From the NCBI GenBank assembly GCA_963713855.1, contig OY970209.1:1408001-1472000 (forward strand): a stretch of 64,000 bases of DNA, given 5' to 3'. Below the pieces are notes generated by a model. It made no database searches. It saw only the letters and a list, made by a program, of their open reading frames with translations, and was not told where the DNA came from. Numbering within the stretch: the stretch's first letter is position 1; the number at the start of each line of letters is the position of its first letter. The DNA is from an uncultured bacterium (GTDB taxonomy: Bacteria > Babelota > Babeliae > Babelales > Babelaceae). Both the position numbers and the translations under genes were made by a program. Below are positions 50,568 to 60,123 of this stretch, piece after piece.

Positions 50568-51395
50568 TCAAACAGTTAAAATGTTCGCCATTTCTGACTC
50601 AATGATTTTAGATAGCGACCTGTATCCTCTAAATTCGCTGATCCAGGGTTCTTTTGAAAATGACTCGACATCATTAGAAAAACTTATATGCCCATATATA
50701 ATGCGTGTATCAAGGTACTGTGGTATTGCATTGTTGCGAGCTGATTGACTGAAAATGACGTAGGGATGTCTAGTTGTTTGATCCACAAAAGACAATTTTG
50801 GTATAAATTCCCATCTAACAAGATAGGTGCCATGCACTACGGGTACCTCTATCAATCCTTTGTATTCTTGCCCGAGAAGATGATGATAGAATAGACAGTC
50901 ACTATAATAGCCTTGCGCGTCTATGCATGCGTGATAATTCGAAAATAGGGTGCTTCCAGTACGCAATAACGGAGCTATTATGGGTAATTTTGGCTTTAAA
51001 AGCAGCTCAATTGTCGATGGTGCAATAAAAGCAGTACCGTCAAGTTCAAAATAATGTGATGAGCGTGCATGAGCCCAATAAGCTGCTTTCTCGTGAATAT
51101 TGCCATCCACATACACCTCGTCACTGTCCCTTTGAACATAGTGGATGCCGCGGTATTGATATTTTACTTCACCAATCCACTGCTCAAATATGCGACAAGA
51201 TTGCACATCGGTAGAGGGTACAGAAATGTAAAGATAGGTTTTATTTTTAGGCCAGGTCTGATTTTCTATCGTCGCTAAAAAAAGTGGCAATAGATGCGGC
51301 TTACTGTTTTGTAGAAGAGCTATCGTAACAACATCCTCTTTACAGATAGCGCGAAAGCAAATCAGAAAACTAACTATAACTAACCATAAGCGCAT
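50568..51395 (-). CDS. Exported COLGALT1/PLOD-like GT domain, paralog 2
   Basis: Collinear with paralog 1; the DxD position reads ELDGT. Confidence 0.75.
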   Translation of the reverse strand: MRLWLVIVSFLICFRAICKEDVVTIALLQNSKPHLLPLFLATIENQTWPKNKTYLYISVPSTDVQSCRIFEQWIGEVKYQYRGIHYVQRDSDEVYVDGNIHEKAAYWAHARSSHYFELDGTAFIAPSTIELLLKPKLPIIAPLLRTGSTLFSNYHACIDAQGYYSDCLFYHHLLGQEYKGLIEVPVVHGTYLVRWEFIPKLSFVDQTTRHPYVIFSQSARNNAIPQYLDTRIIYGHISFSNDVESFSKEPWISEFRGYRSLSKIIESEMANILTV

Positions 51396-51419
51396 GCGTA
51401 CCTCACTACTTCAAAAGTG

Positions 51420-52910
51420 CTAATTTGGAGCTTTCGTGTGCTGAATTAATAAAACACGGCTTCTGTAGCCCGTCTTTGGTACCACATAGGTAAGAATAGG
51501 GTTGCCCTTACAATTAAATGGTGGTTTTGTAAGATCCAGAGAGCGGTATTCTCCACGCTTGATATCCTGATTAAGCCACTCATCCGGATCGAGGCTGTTG
51601 GTTATAAGGCAATACTTATACTTTTTAAACATCTCAATAAGTTTTTCAACGTCCTGATTGGTTAAATGTTGCAGAACGTCCTTACAAATGAGAAGATCGG
51701 CTTGTGGTAATTCAGACTTAAGGGCATCAAACTCTTCAAAATGAATGTGATCATTTTCATAACGGGACTTATTGAGTGCCACAACACTCGGTACCACTTC
51801 TAGACCACGATACTCTATTCCTTGCCAGTCGATAAGATGAGAAAACTCCCATAAGCCACAGCCAAGATCTACGACCGATTTTATGGCGTGATCTTTTAAA
51901 AAGTTTTGCAACATGATGCGATAGCTTATTGTTGCCTCTACGGTGGATCCTTTTCCAGAGGTACTTTCTCCGTCCTTATCGATACGCCAGATTTTTTGGT
52001 CATAAATTTCAGTAAAAACGGCTGACGAATCTCTGTTTTTAAGAAAGCCTAATTGGTCATTAATGCTAGCAACCTGAGAAACGCAGCTTGCAAATTCATT
52101 AATCCAAGGTTCTCCAATCAGTGCTTGTGCATTTTCGGCGAATGTTATACGTCCCTTCGTCGAGCGTGTATCAATATACTGACGAATTCCCGTTTTCCGA
52201 GCGACGTCACTAAAAATAACGTAAGGATAACGATCACTGTTGTCATCGTAAGAAACTTTATCAAGCACAGCGTGGCGAATGAAATACGTACCATTTACGA
52301 CGGGAACAGTTATAAGGCCGCGCACTTCTTGCGCTAATAGATTGGCATAAAGAGGGCAATCTTTAAAATAACCATTTTGGTCAATACACGCATGGTAATT
52401 AGAAAATAAATTGTTTCCCGTTCTCAATAAAGGGGCAACAATAGGCAATTTTGTTTTAACAAGTGTCTCAAGCGTAGATGGAGCAATAAAATGGTTGCAA
52501 TCAACAACGAAGTAATGTGACTTATTATCATTAGCCCAATCAACCGATTTTTTCGAGATTTGACCAGAAGTCTTCAGCCGAATAGGGTCCCACTCGTCAC
52601 GATCATAAAGGTTTGCCTTTTCCTGCTCATCAGCATAGTCAAAATGAATACCAAGATAATCGCTCTTTACTACATCGGTCCAGTCCGTAACAGTCTTTAC
52701 AACGTCAATGTCTTTACAGTCTACATGTATATATAAATATGTTTGCTTTTTGGGCCAGGTTTGATTTTCTATAGAAGCAAGATGTAAGGGCAATGTATGT
52801 GGCTTATTTCTTAGTAACAGGGCCATAGTTACGGTTTCCTGTTCTTGCACCTTACAATCGCAGCAGAAAAATGTAAAAAAACAAATAAAAGAAAAGTAGA
52901 TGAGATTCAT
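51420..52910 (-). CDS. Exported COLGALT1/PLOD-like GT domain fused to a class I SAM methyltransferase, paralog 3
   Basis: GT domain (VDCNH), then FTEIY...W, SG.GS, SVVDLGCG, DLLICKDVLQHL. Confidence 0.82.
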   Translation of the reverse strand: MNLIYFSFICFFTFFCCDCKVQEQETVTMALLLRNKPHTLPLHLASIENQTWPKKQTYLYIHVDCKDIDVVKTVTDWTDVVKSDYLGIHFDYADEQEKANLYDRDEWDPIRLKTSGQISKKSVDWANDNKSHYFVVDCNHFIAPSTLETLVKTKLPIVAPLLRTGNNLFSNYHACIDQNGYFKDCPLYANLLAQEVRGLITVPVVNGTYFIRHAVLDKVSYDDNSDRYPYVIFSDVARKTGIRQYIDTRSTKGRITFAENAQALIGEPWINEFASCVSQVASINDQLGFLKNRDSSAVFTEIYDQKIWRIDKDGESTSGKGSTVEATISYRIMLQNFLKDHAIKSVVDLGCGLWEFSHLIDWQGIEYRGLEVVPSVVALNKSRYENDHIHFEEFDALKSELPQADLLICKDVLQHLTNQDVEKLIEMFKKYKYCLITNSLDPDEWLNQDIKRGEYRSLDLTKPPFNCKGNPILTYVVPKTGYRSRVLLIQHTKAPN

Positions 52911-53239
52911 TGGAAGCTCTTAATTTTGCGTATGTATCAAAGCCCTTTTATTTTGGCTAGTGATATGTATACCACACATAGGCTGTAAATGGAAGCGACC
53001 AAGTTACTGCAAATCAAAAAAATATCCTGAAATTCCTGCTTTTCATGATTTCCATTTACCGCCTTCTTAAGCTCTCGTATAAGCACGAAATACGGCGACG
53101 AGGGGAGTACCAATCGCCCTACCAAAAATAGCTCTTAGAAATCATTTAACCTTGTTCTTAGCTTCTCGCTTGAAAAGAAACCATATTGTTGCTGAAAACC
53201 CAGTAGCAGTTAGCACCACCAGGTATTGCAACCACTTTT

Positions 53240-54466
53240 TTAAACGGGCGTTGTTCGCAAGATCCGATGTATCAGGAAACTAGCTATACCTGTTCCTACC
53301 ATCAAAAGCACAAGGGTAGCTGGCACCCCTAACGTCGTTCCTAGAATTACGCCCGGAGGTCGCAGCCATTTATTCCAAAAGAATTCATTTCGAGAGAGCT
53401 CTTGAGAAAGACCGCTGACCACAAACACTGTCATATCATTGAGATTGGAAGTAATTAATAATGTCTCGTCACCATTTTGCGCAAAAACGATTGATGTAGG
53501 CTTTATAGAGTTGGATGACAGACCATAGGTTGTCGCTCCGTTACCGCAATCTAAAGGGTGATAACCATATATAGGTAAACCCCATGTCGTGACATCGTCT
53601 GATTCTGTATTTACGGCAACAATGTGCTGACTATCTGGTGAAAAGACGATAGCACTAAGGCCCTTTGAAAGGAAAGGTTCTGCACATGGAATAGCATCAA
53701 TCAATAGACCATCTTCGGTTACCTTAAAAAACGATACATCGCCTGACTTATTAGCAGTAACAATATGTTTTCCATCGGGAGAAAACGCTATAGATACGGG
53801 ATTGTTCGAAGGCTCTGGCAACGCAAAAGGCGACTTATAAGTTTCACTCAAGGTGCCATCTTGATTCACCTCAAGAATTGTTATATTGTTTGATTTTTCA
53901 TTAGCTATAGCAAGAAGCTCACCATTCGGTGAAAAGGTTGCATCATGTTTACCATCAGGAAAAGCTGAAAAGGTGTAATTAGAAACTTTGCTTAATTCTG
54001 CGTTGCGAGTTACGTGTAACAATGTCACTTCGTTCGAATTTTTGTAGGTAATAGCCAAATGCTTACCATCCGGAGAAAATACCGTTGAAGAGAGATCTAA
54101 AGAGGGCAGAGTGAAAGTAAAATCAGTTTGAGTCAGCAGACCATCATCATTTACCAGAAACATAGTTACAAGAGTATTACAGCTAAAGGCTAAGAACTGG
54201 CCATCCGGCGAAAATGCTAACGAGTAACTTTTAGAAGTCCCCAGAGATACAGTAGACCTGTCACTCAATGAAAGTCCCTTATCTTTTATTTTCAAGATAA
54301 CGATTCTTGACCTTTTATCAATCATAGCCAAATGACGACCATTTGGACTTACCTTGAGGGAATCGCCAGCAAAATCAAAGCTTTTTGCGTGCCGCAACAA
54401 GATTGCGTTTATGGGAACGAAAACTGGCATGAGTATAAAAATATACTTTACGATGCTTTTTAACAT
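53240..54466 (-). CDS. Exported beta-propeller with C-terminal TM anchor (divergent paralog)
   Basis: Repeated FSPDG blades, ALP..S..P.SIAFSPDG, TM followed by HRILR. Confidence 0.85.
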   Translation of the reverse strand: MLKSIVKYIFILMPVFVPINAILLRHAKSFDFAGDSLKVSPNGRHLAMIDKRSRIVILKIKDKGLSLSDRSTVSLGTSKSYSLAFSPDGQFLAFSCNTLVTMFLVNDDGLLTQTDFTFTLPSLDLSSTVFSPDGKHLAITYKNSNEVTLLHVTRNAELSKVSNYTFSAFPDGKHDATFSPNGELLAIANEKSNNITILEVNQDGTLSETYKSPFALPEPSNNPVSIAFSPDGKHIVTANKSGDVSFFKVTEDGLLIDAIPCAEPFLSKGLSAIVFSPDSQHIVAVNTESDDVTTWGLPIYGYHPLDCGNGATTYGLSSNSIKPTSIVFAQNGDETLLITSNLNDMTVFVVSGLSQELSRNEFFWNKWLRPPGVILGTTLGVPATLVLLMVGTGIASFLIHRILRTTPV

Positions 54467-54885
54467 ATTTTACCTATTACAATAAGTCCAGATTTCAGTA
54501 CTATATTTCGTATTTTAGATCATCAGTTATTTTTGTAAAGCGAAGAAGCATCGATTTCGCTTCTAGCTGGGCTTTCAAGTGAAATACAAGAGCTTATTAG
54601 AATACAGTCAGCCAAACTTATTATCTTTATACTTCTAAATCTTAAAACCCGAATTTATAAATATTAGAAATTATTATAATTGCTAGGTAACACTATCGTG
54701 AAATCATTAACGCTATACCTAATTGCAGTTCTTGTGTTCTGTTGGCCAAGCAAAAGAACAGGAGGCGTTAATAAGCGAGGCTCAAGGTGTTGTGCTAAAA
54801 GGCCAGGAAGCTAAAGGAGTATTTACGTCAGACGATAAGAAGTACGCTTACATTTTATATCAGGAGCTTTAACAAGCCTTAAAGG

Positions 54886-55500
54886 CTATGCCTGCTGATT
54901 ATTGCTTGTTCTGTATTGCTTTAGCATTTTTTTGACCTTATTTACATATGCCTCACGTGTATCTTGCCAAGCCTTAATAACTCGTTCTTTTGAAGCATCG
55001 GGATTTTGTAACAAAAACTGTTGAGTAAAATTAATATAAGCCCATTCTTTTTTAGGAGGCACTTTCTCATGTTGTCTACGGGTATATTGTTGCTGCCAGA
55101 ATGCGGCAAACTCTGCATATGTAGGAGGATCACCCAGCATCCAGCGGTTTTTAAGCCAGTCAATTCCGAACGCAGTAAAATGAAAATGATTGCCCACAAG
55201 TACTTTAAAAAATGCCCGAGTTTTGGCATCATTCTTGTACGCGCCATATAACATCAAGGCACTGGTTTCTAGACGATATCGCACACCTTTTTTTGCCTTC
55301 GATATGGTCGGAATTTGCTTTGGTGGTACTATTTTGCCAGTCTCTATATATGTCATAATACGATGGATCAGCTCAATTTTATTGCCGTTTGTTGGCAAAC
55401 TATACGATAAGCACACATCTTTAAGCTCATTCATTTTCATATAGTGCAAAGCTTCATTTAATGCAAGTAATTCGGCTGCTGACCATAGATGCGCCTTCAT
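54886..55500 (-). CDS. SAP-domain protein with DUF6434-like region
   Basis: MKMNELKDVC....LPTNGNKIELIHRI (SAP pattern); RAFFK..VG.HFHF and TYAE....W. Start placed at 55500. Confidence 0.72.
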   Translation of the reverse strand: MKAHLWSAAELLALNEALHYMKMNELKDVCLSYSLPTNGNKIELIHRIMTYIETGKIVPPKQIPTISKAKKGVRYRLETSALMLYGAYKNDAKTRAFFKVLVGNHFHFTAFGIDWLKNRWMLGDPPTYAEFAAFWQQQYTRRQHEKVPPKKEWAYINFTQQFLLQNPDASKERVIKAWQDTREAYVNKVKKMLKQYRTSNNQQA

Positions 55501-55937
55501 ATCTTCCCATTTCAGATTTTTTCGGCTTCGATTGCGAGCTATCAAATCTAGTTTTACGTCTTTAAGAATTGCTTGCAAGATATTTGCTATTTTATTCGGA
55601 GCCCTGTTCGATCAATAATTTCACGATTGTCGTGAGCACCGCAACTCTGATGAAAAAATAGCGCGAATCAAAGATGTTTGGGCGCTGGTGCAGAATAAAT
55701 AATTTCCACATCTCGAATCTTGAATTTCAGCTACCTCTATAGCCCAAATTCTAAGTCGCGAGGATTGTACTATCGCTGGCTGTCCACGCTTAATCCAACT
55801 ATCTGGAATCAGCCTAGAAAAAGAAAACTGATCTGCGCTTGATACAAAAGAAATCATTGACTAATATACTTATAAAATCTTATATTTAGATTATATATTT
55901 CATGAATTATATTTTCGGGCTTTCATGAGAGGCAATC

Positions 55938-58403
55938 ATGAGGATTTTATGTTCATACCTATTTTTAATGTGTTGTATAGGCTCAGCTTCATTGTACAGT
56001 AACGCTCCTCTAGAAATTGAAATTGCAAGTAAAGATCTCGCCTTAAAAAATCAACAAGAGTTCGAAGAAAAATTAAACTCTTTAATAAGCGTCGCTAAAT
56101 CCACCCTTGCAAAACCTCTGACCGAGAATAATAAAAGATACGCTTCTCAAATACACACCCAGCTATCAGTTTTGCTTGATATTTATGGGCATCGATATCC
56201 TATCGAGCCATCATTGCGTAAAGAAATCGTAAACCTACTCACTAAGCCTTCCGATACTGCGCCAACTAAAAAAGAAAGCCCTATAAAAGCAACAGAGGTA
56301 TCTATACCTGCACTCGGACTTACTTATCACCCAGGCTTTAAACTTCCTTTCATAAAGCAAAGCCCTGGTCAAATACTTACCCAAACACAAGTTTATTTAC
56401 AGGTTCCCGAATTGAGGAGCCGGGCATATAGTCTTATAAGATCATTAGAACAAGAACATGGCACTGAAGCTATTGCTCCTTATCTCTCATTAATACCTGA
56501 TATTATACGACAAGAAGTTGCGCTCAAGGATTATGATGTATTCTACCATGGACAACATGGTGATTTCGCATTTTTATACGATGTTATTAAGGAAATACAA
56601 CAGTGGCTAGCTGTTCGTCAAGAAACGAAGCACTTTGAGTATCTTCGAACTCCAGGTATGTTCCATCTCGATCAAAGCCTAAAAGAATTTCTTAAAGCAA
56701 CTTTTAGCGAAGATCAAAGTGCTTTCTCTCAGGGAAGTTTTGACAAAACACACCAAGATCTTCTCCTCTCTGTTAATTTATCACTTTTTGGTAGTTCTGA
56801 TGCATCTAATGAATCTTCATTTGCTTATTTCGTTGCAGGATATAATGCCTACACATCATCAACTCGTCCTCTGCTAGAGAAGCTTTTTGACCACTTTGAT
56901 TTCAAGAAATCGTACCTTGACGAGTTATTAGCTCTTTCAGAAAAATTTAGAAAAGGTGCTGAAAAAGGTAACCTTCTACAAATTTTTATGCCACGAGACA
57001 AAGTAAACGACTTGGTCTACTTAAGCGGTGGTTTTGGTGGGTTACCTGTAGGAGTAAAACCTTCATACTTCCATCCATTGGATTTTCCAAGATATGCACA
57101 AGCCCACCCAATCAAGGTAAAGGATGATGCAGGCAAAATACGAACGTATAACTTAAAGACAATGGATACCAGAACCTATCTGGATTTCTACCGCAGCAAT
57201 CCTCAAGCTATTAATCCTGATGATATGGATGTAATTCAAGGAAGGATTCTTCTTAATAATGATTTTCTAACGTACTCTCGCGAAGGAATAAAAATCTATT
57301 CTTACAATTTTATAACCATTAACCACGTCGAACAATACAAAAAAGAATTTAAGAGAATTATTAGCCGTATGATGCTCGACTGGCTTACCAGTCCAACTGA
57401 TACTTTTCTTAAAGAACGTTACCATATTGTTCAGAAAGCTTTTAAAAAATACACACCGGCTTCAAAAGTTGGAATAACTATAACACCTAAGCAAGAAAAC
57501 AAGCATCCATTGGTAAATGAGCAACAACAAGCACGGGATTTTTGGAAAAAATATTTTGCCCTTCAAAAAGCTCGCCGTAAAAAATTTCAGACACCTATAC
57601 CGTCCAGAAGACCCTATGCCAAAGGTGAAAAAGATGTAATGACGGTACGTTGGGCATTAGATCAATTTTTAACAGCAAGTGATAAAAGAGAGAGACTGGA
57701 TGCCTACAATGCTCTTAGAGAACTATTTAACCTTGAGCTTGCAGTTGCTCCCATTGAGATCGATACAGAATGGGTCTCAAATGAGAATCGCCAATCCCTT
57801 ATACAAATTATGAAAAATAACCTAGCATTAAATGAATCCTCAGTTGAAAAGAAGGTCTATCTGCTAAATTCCATATTTGAACCGGAATGTTTCGGCGAAG
57901 ATTATCTCCACTTATTTAAAAGTACTTCGGAACGCAGCACTATCTTAGATGAGATGCGGCTTATAGCTTATAATGAACTACGTAGCATGCTTCATCAATC
58001 AACCGCTCTATCAACAAACGATATAGATGAGGCATGGTTAGACCACCAAGATACTACTCTGTTTAAATACATCGTTAATACACATTTAGTACAGAGCTTA
58101 AATACATCTCCAAAACAGCAGTACTTTCTTACAGCCCTTGCTCTTGGTGACGTGTATCCATTAAGTCATCTTTTAGAGAACTCTACGTACGACTTATGTT
58201 TTTCCGAAGAACGTGAAGAGCGAATAAGATTTAACGCTTATAATCTCCTACGTCAGATGCTCAATCTTGCTGTAGCACCCTCGCCATTTCACATGGATAA
58301 AACCTGGCTTGAGAACATACACGGAAAATTAAACGATGTGTTTCATTCCACTAAAAAAGGACGGCAGTTTCTAGATTCTTTAACAGAGTCTTTTTTTGGA
58401 TAG
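55938..58403 (+). CDS. Large exported protein with a possible ADP-ribosyltransferase-like core and three C-terminal YNxLR repeats
   Basis: 821 aa, signal peptide; VFYHG, LLSVNLS, LLQIF, QGRILL; three YNxLR...[IM]DxxW units. Confidence 0.6.
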   Translation: MRILCSYLFLMCCIGSASLYSNAPLEIEIASKDLALKNQQEFEEKLNSLISVAKSTLAKPLTENNKRYASQIHTQLSVLLDIYGHRYPIEPSLRKEIVNLLTKPSDTAPTKKESPIKATEVSIPALGLTYHPGFKLPFIKQSPGQILTQTQVYLQVPELRSRAYSLIRSLEQEHGTEAIAPYLSLIPDIIRQEVALKDYDVFYHGQHGDFAFLYDVIKEIQQWLAVRQETKHFEYLRTPGMFHLDQSLKEFLKATFSEDQSAFSQGSFDKTHQDLLLSVNLSLFGSSDASNESSFAYFVAGYNAYTSSTRPLLEKLFDHFDFKKSYLDELLALSEKFRKGAEKGNLLQIFMPRDKVNDLVYLSGGFGGLPVGVKPSYFHPLDFPRYAQAHPIKVKDDAGKIRTYNLKTMDTRTYLDFYRSNPQAINPDDMDVIQGRILLNNDFLTYSREGIKIYSYNFITINHVEQYKKEFKRIISRMMLDWLTSPTDTFLKERYHIVQKAFKKYTPASKVGITITPKQENKHPLVNEQQQARDFWKKYFALQKARRKKFQTPIPSRRPYAKGEKDVMTVRWALDQFLTASDKRERLDAYNALRELFNLELAVAPIEIDTEWVSNENRQSLIQIMKNNLALNESSVEKKVYLLNSIFEPECFGEDYLHLFKSTSERSTILDEMRLIAYNELRSMLHQSTALSTNDIDEAWLDHQDTTLFKYIVNTHLVQSLNTSPKQQYFLTALALGDVYPLSHLLENSTYDLCFSEEREERIRFNAYNLLRQMLNLAVAPSPFHMDKTWLENIHGKLNDVFHSTKKGRQFLDSLTESFFG

Positions 58404-58471
58404 CAATTGAGCAAGAGCACTTTTAACGACTCATCTATACGTGATGTCTAAAAACGCACTTAACAGATTTA

Positions 58472-59233
58472 TTATTCTGAGCTATCTTTTAAGCAGCCTT
58501 TTAAAAGTTCTACTTCTTCAATTGGCGTAAGATTCGAGATACCCATAAGCAAGAGAATTGACTTTACCAGAAAATTAGGCATGCGTATAGCTTCAGAAGC
58601 CTCATAGTTTTTTATCATAGAAAGCACTACATCGGATCTACCATTTTTAACAAGTTTTTGGCATGCAAATAAATCTGCCTCACGTTCGTGGTCAATTTTA
58701 TGGGCAGCATGCATAGATGATTGCAAAGTGCTAAATAGCGGTATTCCTATCAAATATGAAAACCCCAATAACGATTTGCCTGCTTTAAAATGAGCAAAAG
58801 ACTTATACAAAAAATAGCACGCCAAAATGGCCGCTATTAAAGACTCCGCCCTCATGAGTATAGATTCTTGTATAGCTGTAGCGTGATCATAATGAAGGTG
58901 ACCCACTTCATGATAAATTGCAAAGAGTTTTTCAGCTTGAGAGTATGCTGATGTTGATTGAGATGGAAATACGATAAATCTTTGTCCCTCCTGCCTAAAC
59001 GTATGAGCCCATTCACCACCGCTTTCTAAAATAATAACGTTCTCGGTAATTCCGCACTCATCTAAAACTTTTCGCGCCTCAGTCTCAACCAAAACTGAAG
59101 CCGGCCTAAGATTTCTTTCGGACATAACGCGCGCCTTGATGCTCTCTGATTCTAATATATCATTACTACCGGTGGCATAAACGCAATTGATTAATAAGAT
59201 ACCCATACAAAAAATCTTTAAAGCACAACTCAT
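58472..59233 (-). CDS. M48-like zinc metallopeptidase with signal peptide and TM segments
   Basis: IYHEVGH (HEXXH) and EREAD; similar to the core of 5759..7243. Confidence 0.75.
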   Translation of the reverse strand: MSCALKIFCMGILLINCVYATGSNDILESESIKARVMSERNLRPASVLVETEARKVLDECGITENVIILESGGEWAHTFRQEGQRFIVFPSQSTSAYSQAEKLFAIYHEVGHLHYDHATAIQESILMRAESLIAAILACYFLYKSFAHFKAGKSLLGFSYLIGIPLFSTLQSSMHAAHKIDHEREADLFACQKLVKNGRSDVVLSMIKNYEASEAIRMPNFLVKSILLLMGISNLTPIEEVELLKGCLKDSSE

Positions 59234-59530
59234 GCGAAACCTCAAGCTTTAAAACGAATATCAATTTGTAATACAGCTCTCATATAATACGATCTGAAAA
59301 TAAAAAGTCAATATGAGTTAAATCCGAAATATCCTCAAATTACATTCAAACATGGCGGAGCATGAGTTATGCGCCCACTAAAACGGATAAAATATCTTTT
59401 AAATGCACAAAACACAAAGCCTATTTCATGAATTTGAATAAGTATATGCCATTCTCGCCCGGAGCTGTGAGAATACCGTTCTCTGTCTGGGCGTCTAAAG
59501 TTTCTTGAAAATCCAAAGAAGTCATTTTAA

Positions 59531-59959
59531 TTAAGAGGCCTTCTTTCTTAATTGGTTGAATTCATCGTGAGTCCACCATTCGATATTTAAAACACCTGAA
59601 TGGCTCTTGAGTGAATCGTCAATCGCGTTCTTAATAGTTTCTACAAATTTTGTAGTGTCTACCTTCTTAAAAAAGAAGCGCCTAACGAATGGAACATGTG
59701 GTTCGATAAAACACAAAAAACCATTTGGATATTCTTCGTAATTTGCACAACCTATCCACGTATTAAAATTTTCATTACGAATGGGTACAACCCAGCCCCA
59801 ATCTTCAACAAATGGCTCATCTACAGGTATTCCTCTTTTTTCAAGTTCAAGGTGTAGAAAGTCAGCAAGACGTTTGCCAAATATTCCAGGGTTAACCATT
59901 TCCGCTTCATCTTCGTAGGCAGGAAATTGATCGGAACAAAATTCTACATAAGTCTTCAT
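59531..59959 (-). CDS. Hypothetical protein, possibly an orphan immunity protein
   Basis: NPG.FGKRLA and EDWGW motifs; acidic and aromatic; no signal peptide. Confidence 0.6.
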   Translation of the reverse strand: MKTYVEFCSDQFPAYEDEAEMVNPGIFGKRLADFLHLELEKRGIPVDEPFVEDWGWVVPIRNENFNTWIGCANYEEYPNGFLCFIEPHVPFVRRFFFKKVDTTKFVETIKNAIDDSLKSHSGVLNIEWWTHDEFNQLRKKAS

Positions 59960-60123
59960 CTTAAAGCCCACTTAATATGTTAGGTCGATTTTTTGTTAAG
60001 GATAGACTAAATAACTGGCTTGCTCAATAATGGCATACCTAGATTATAGACGGCGCCATCTAGCAGTATCTCGGCCACTCATTAAGTAGCAAAAAAGCCA
60101 TTTTTAGAATAATCGGCCTACCC

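Noticed and set aside
53090..53122. Small hairpin containing GGGGAGTA, reminiscent of a yybP-ykoY riboswitch
   Set aside because: The rest of the consensus is missing and it is oriented opposite to the flanking genes.
15943..54466. Propeller paralogs as a diversity-generating retroelement or phase-variable locus
   Set aside because: No reverse transcriptase, no template/variable repeat pair and no invertible repeats seen in this window.
54698..54872. Possible frameshifted small exported gene (MKSLTLYLIAVLVFCW / AKEQEALISEAQG)
   Set aside because: Too short, with no recognisable family.
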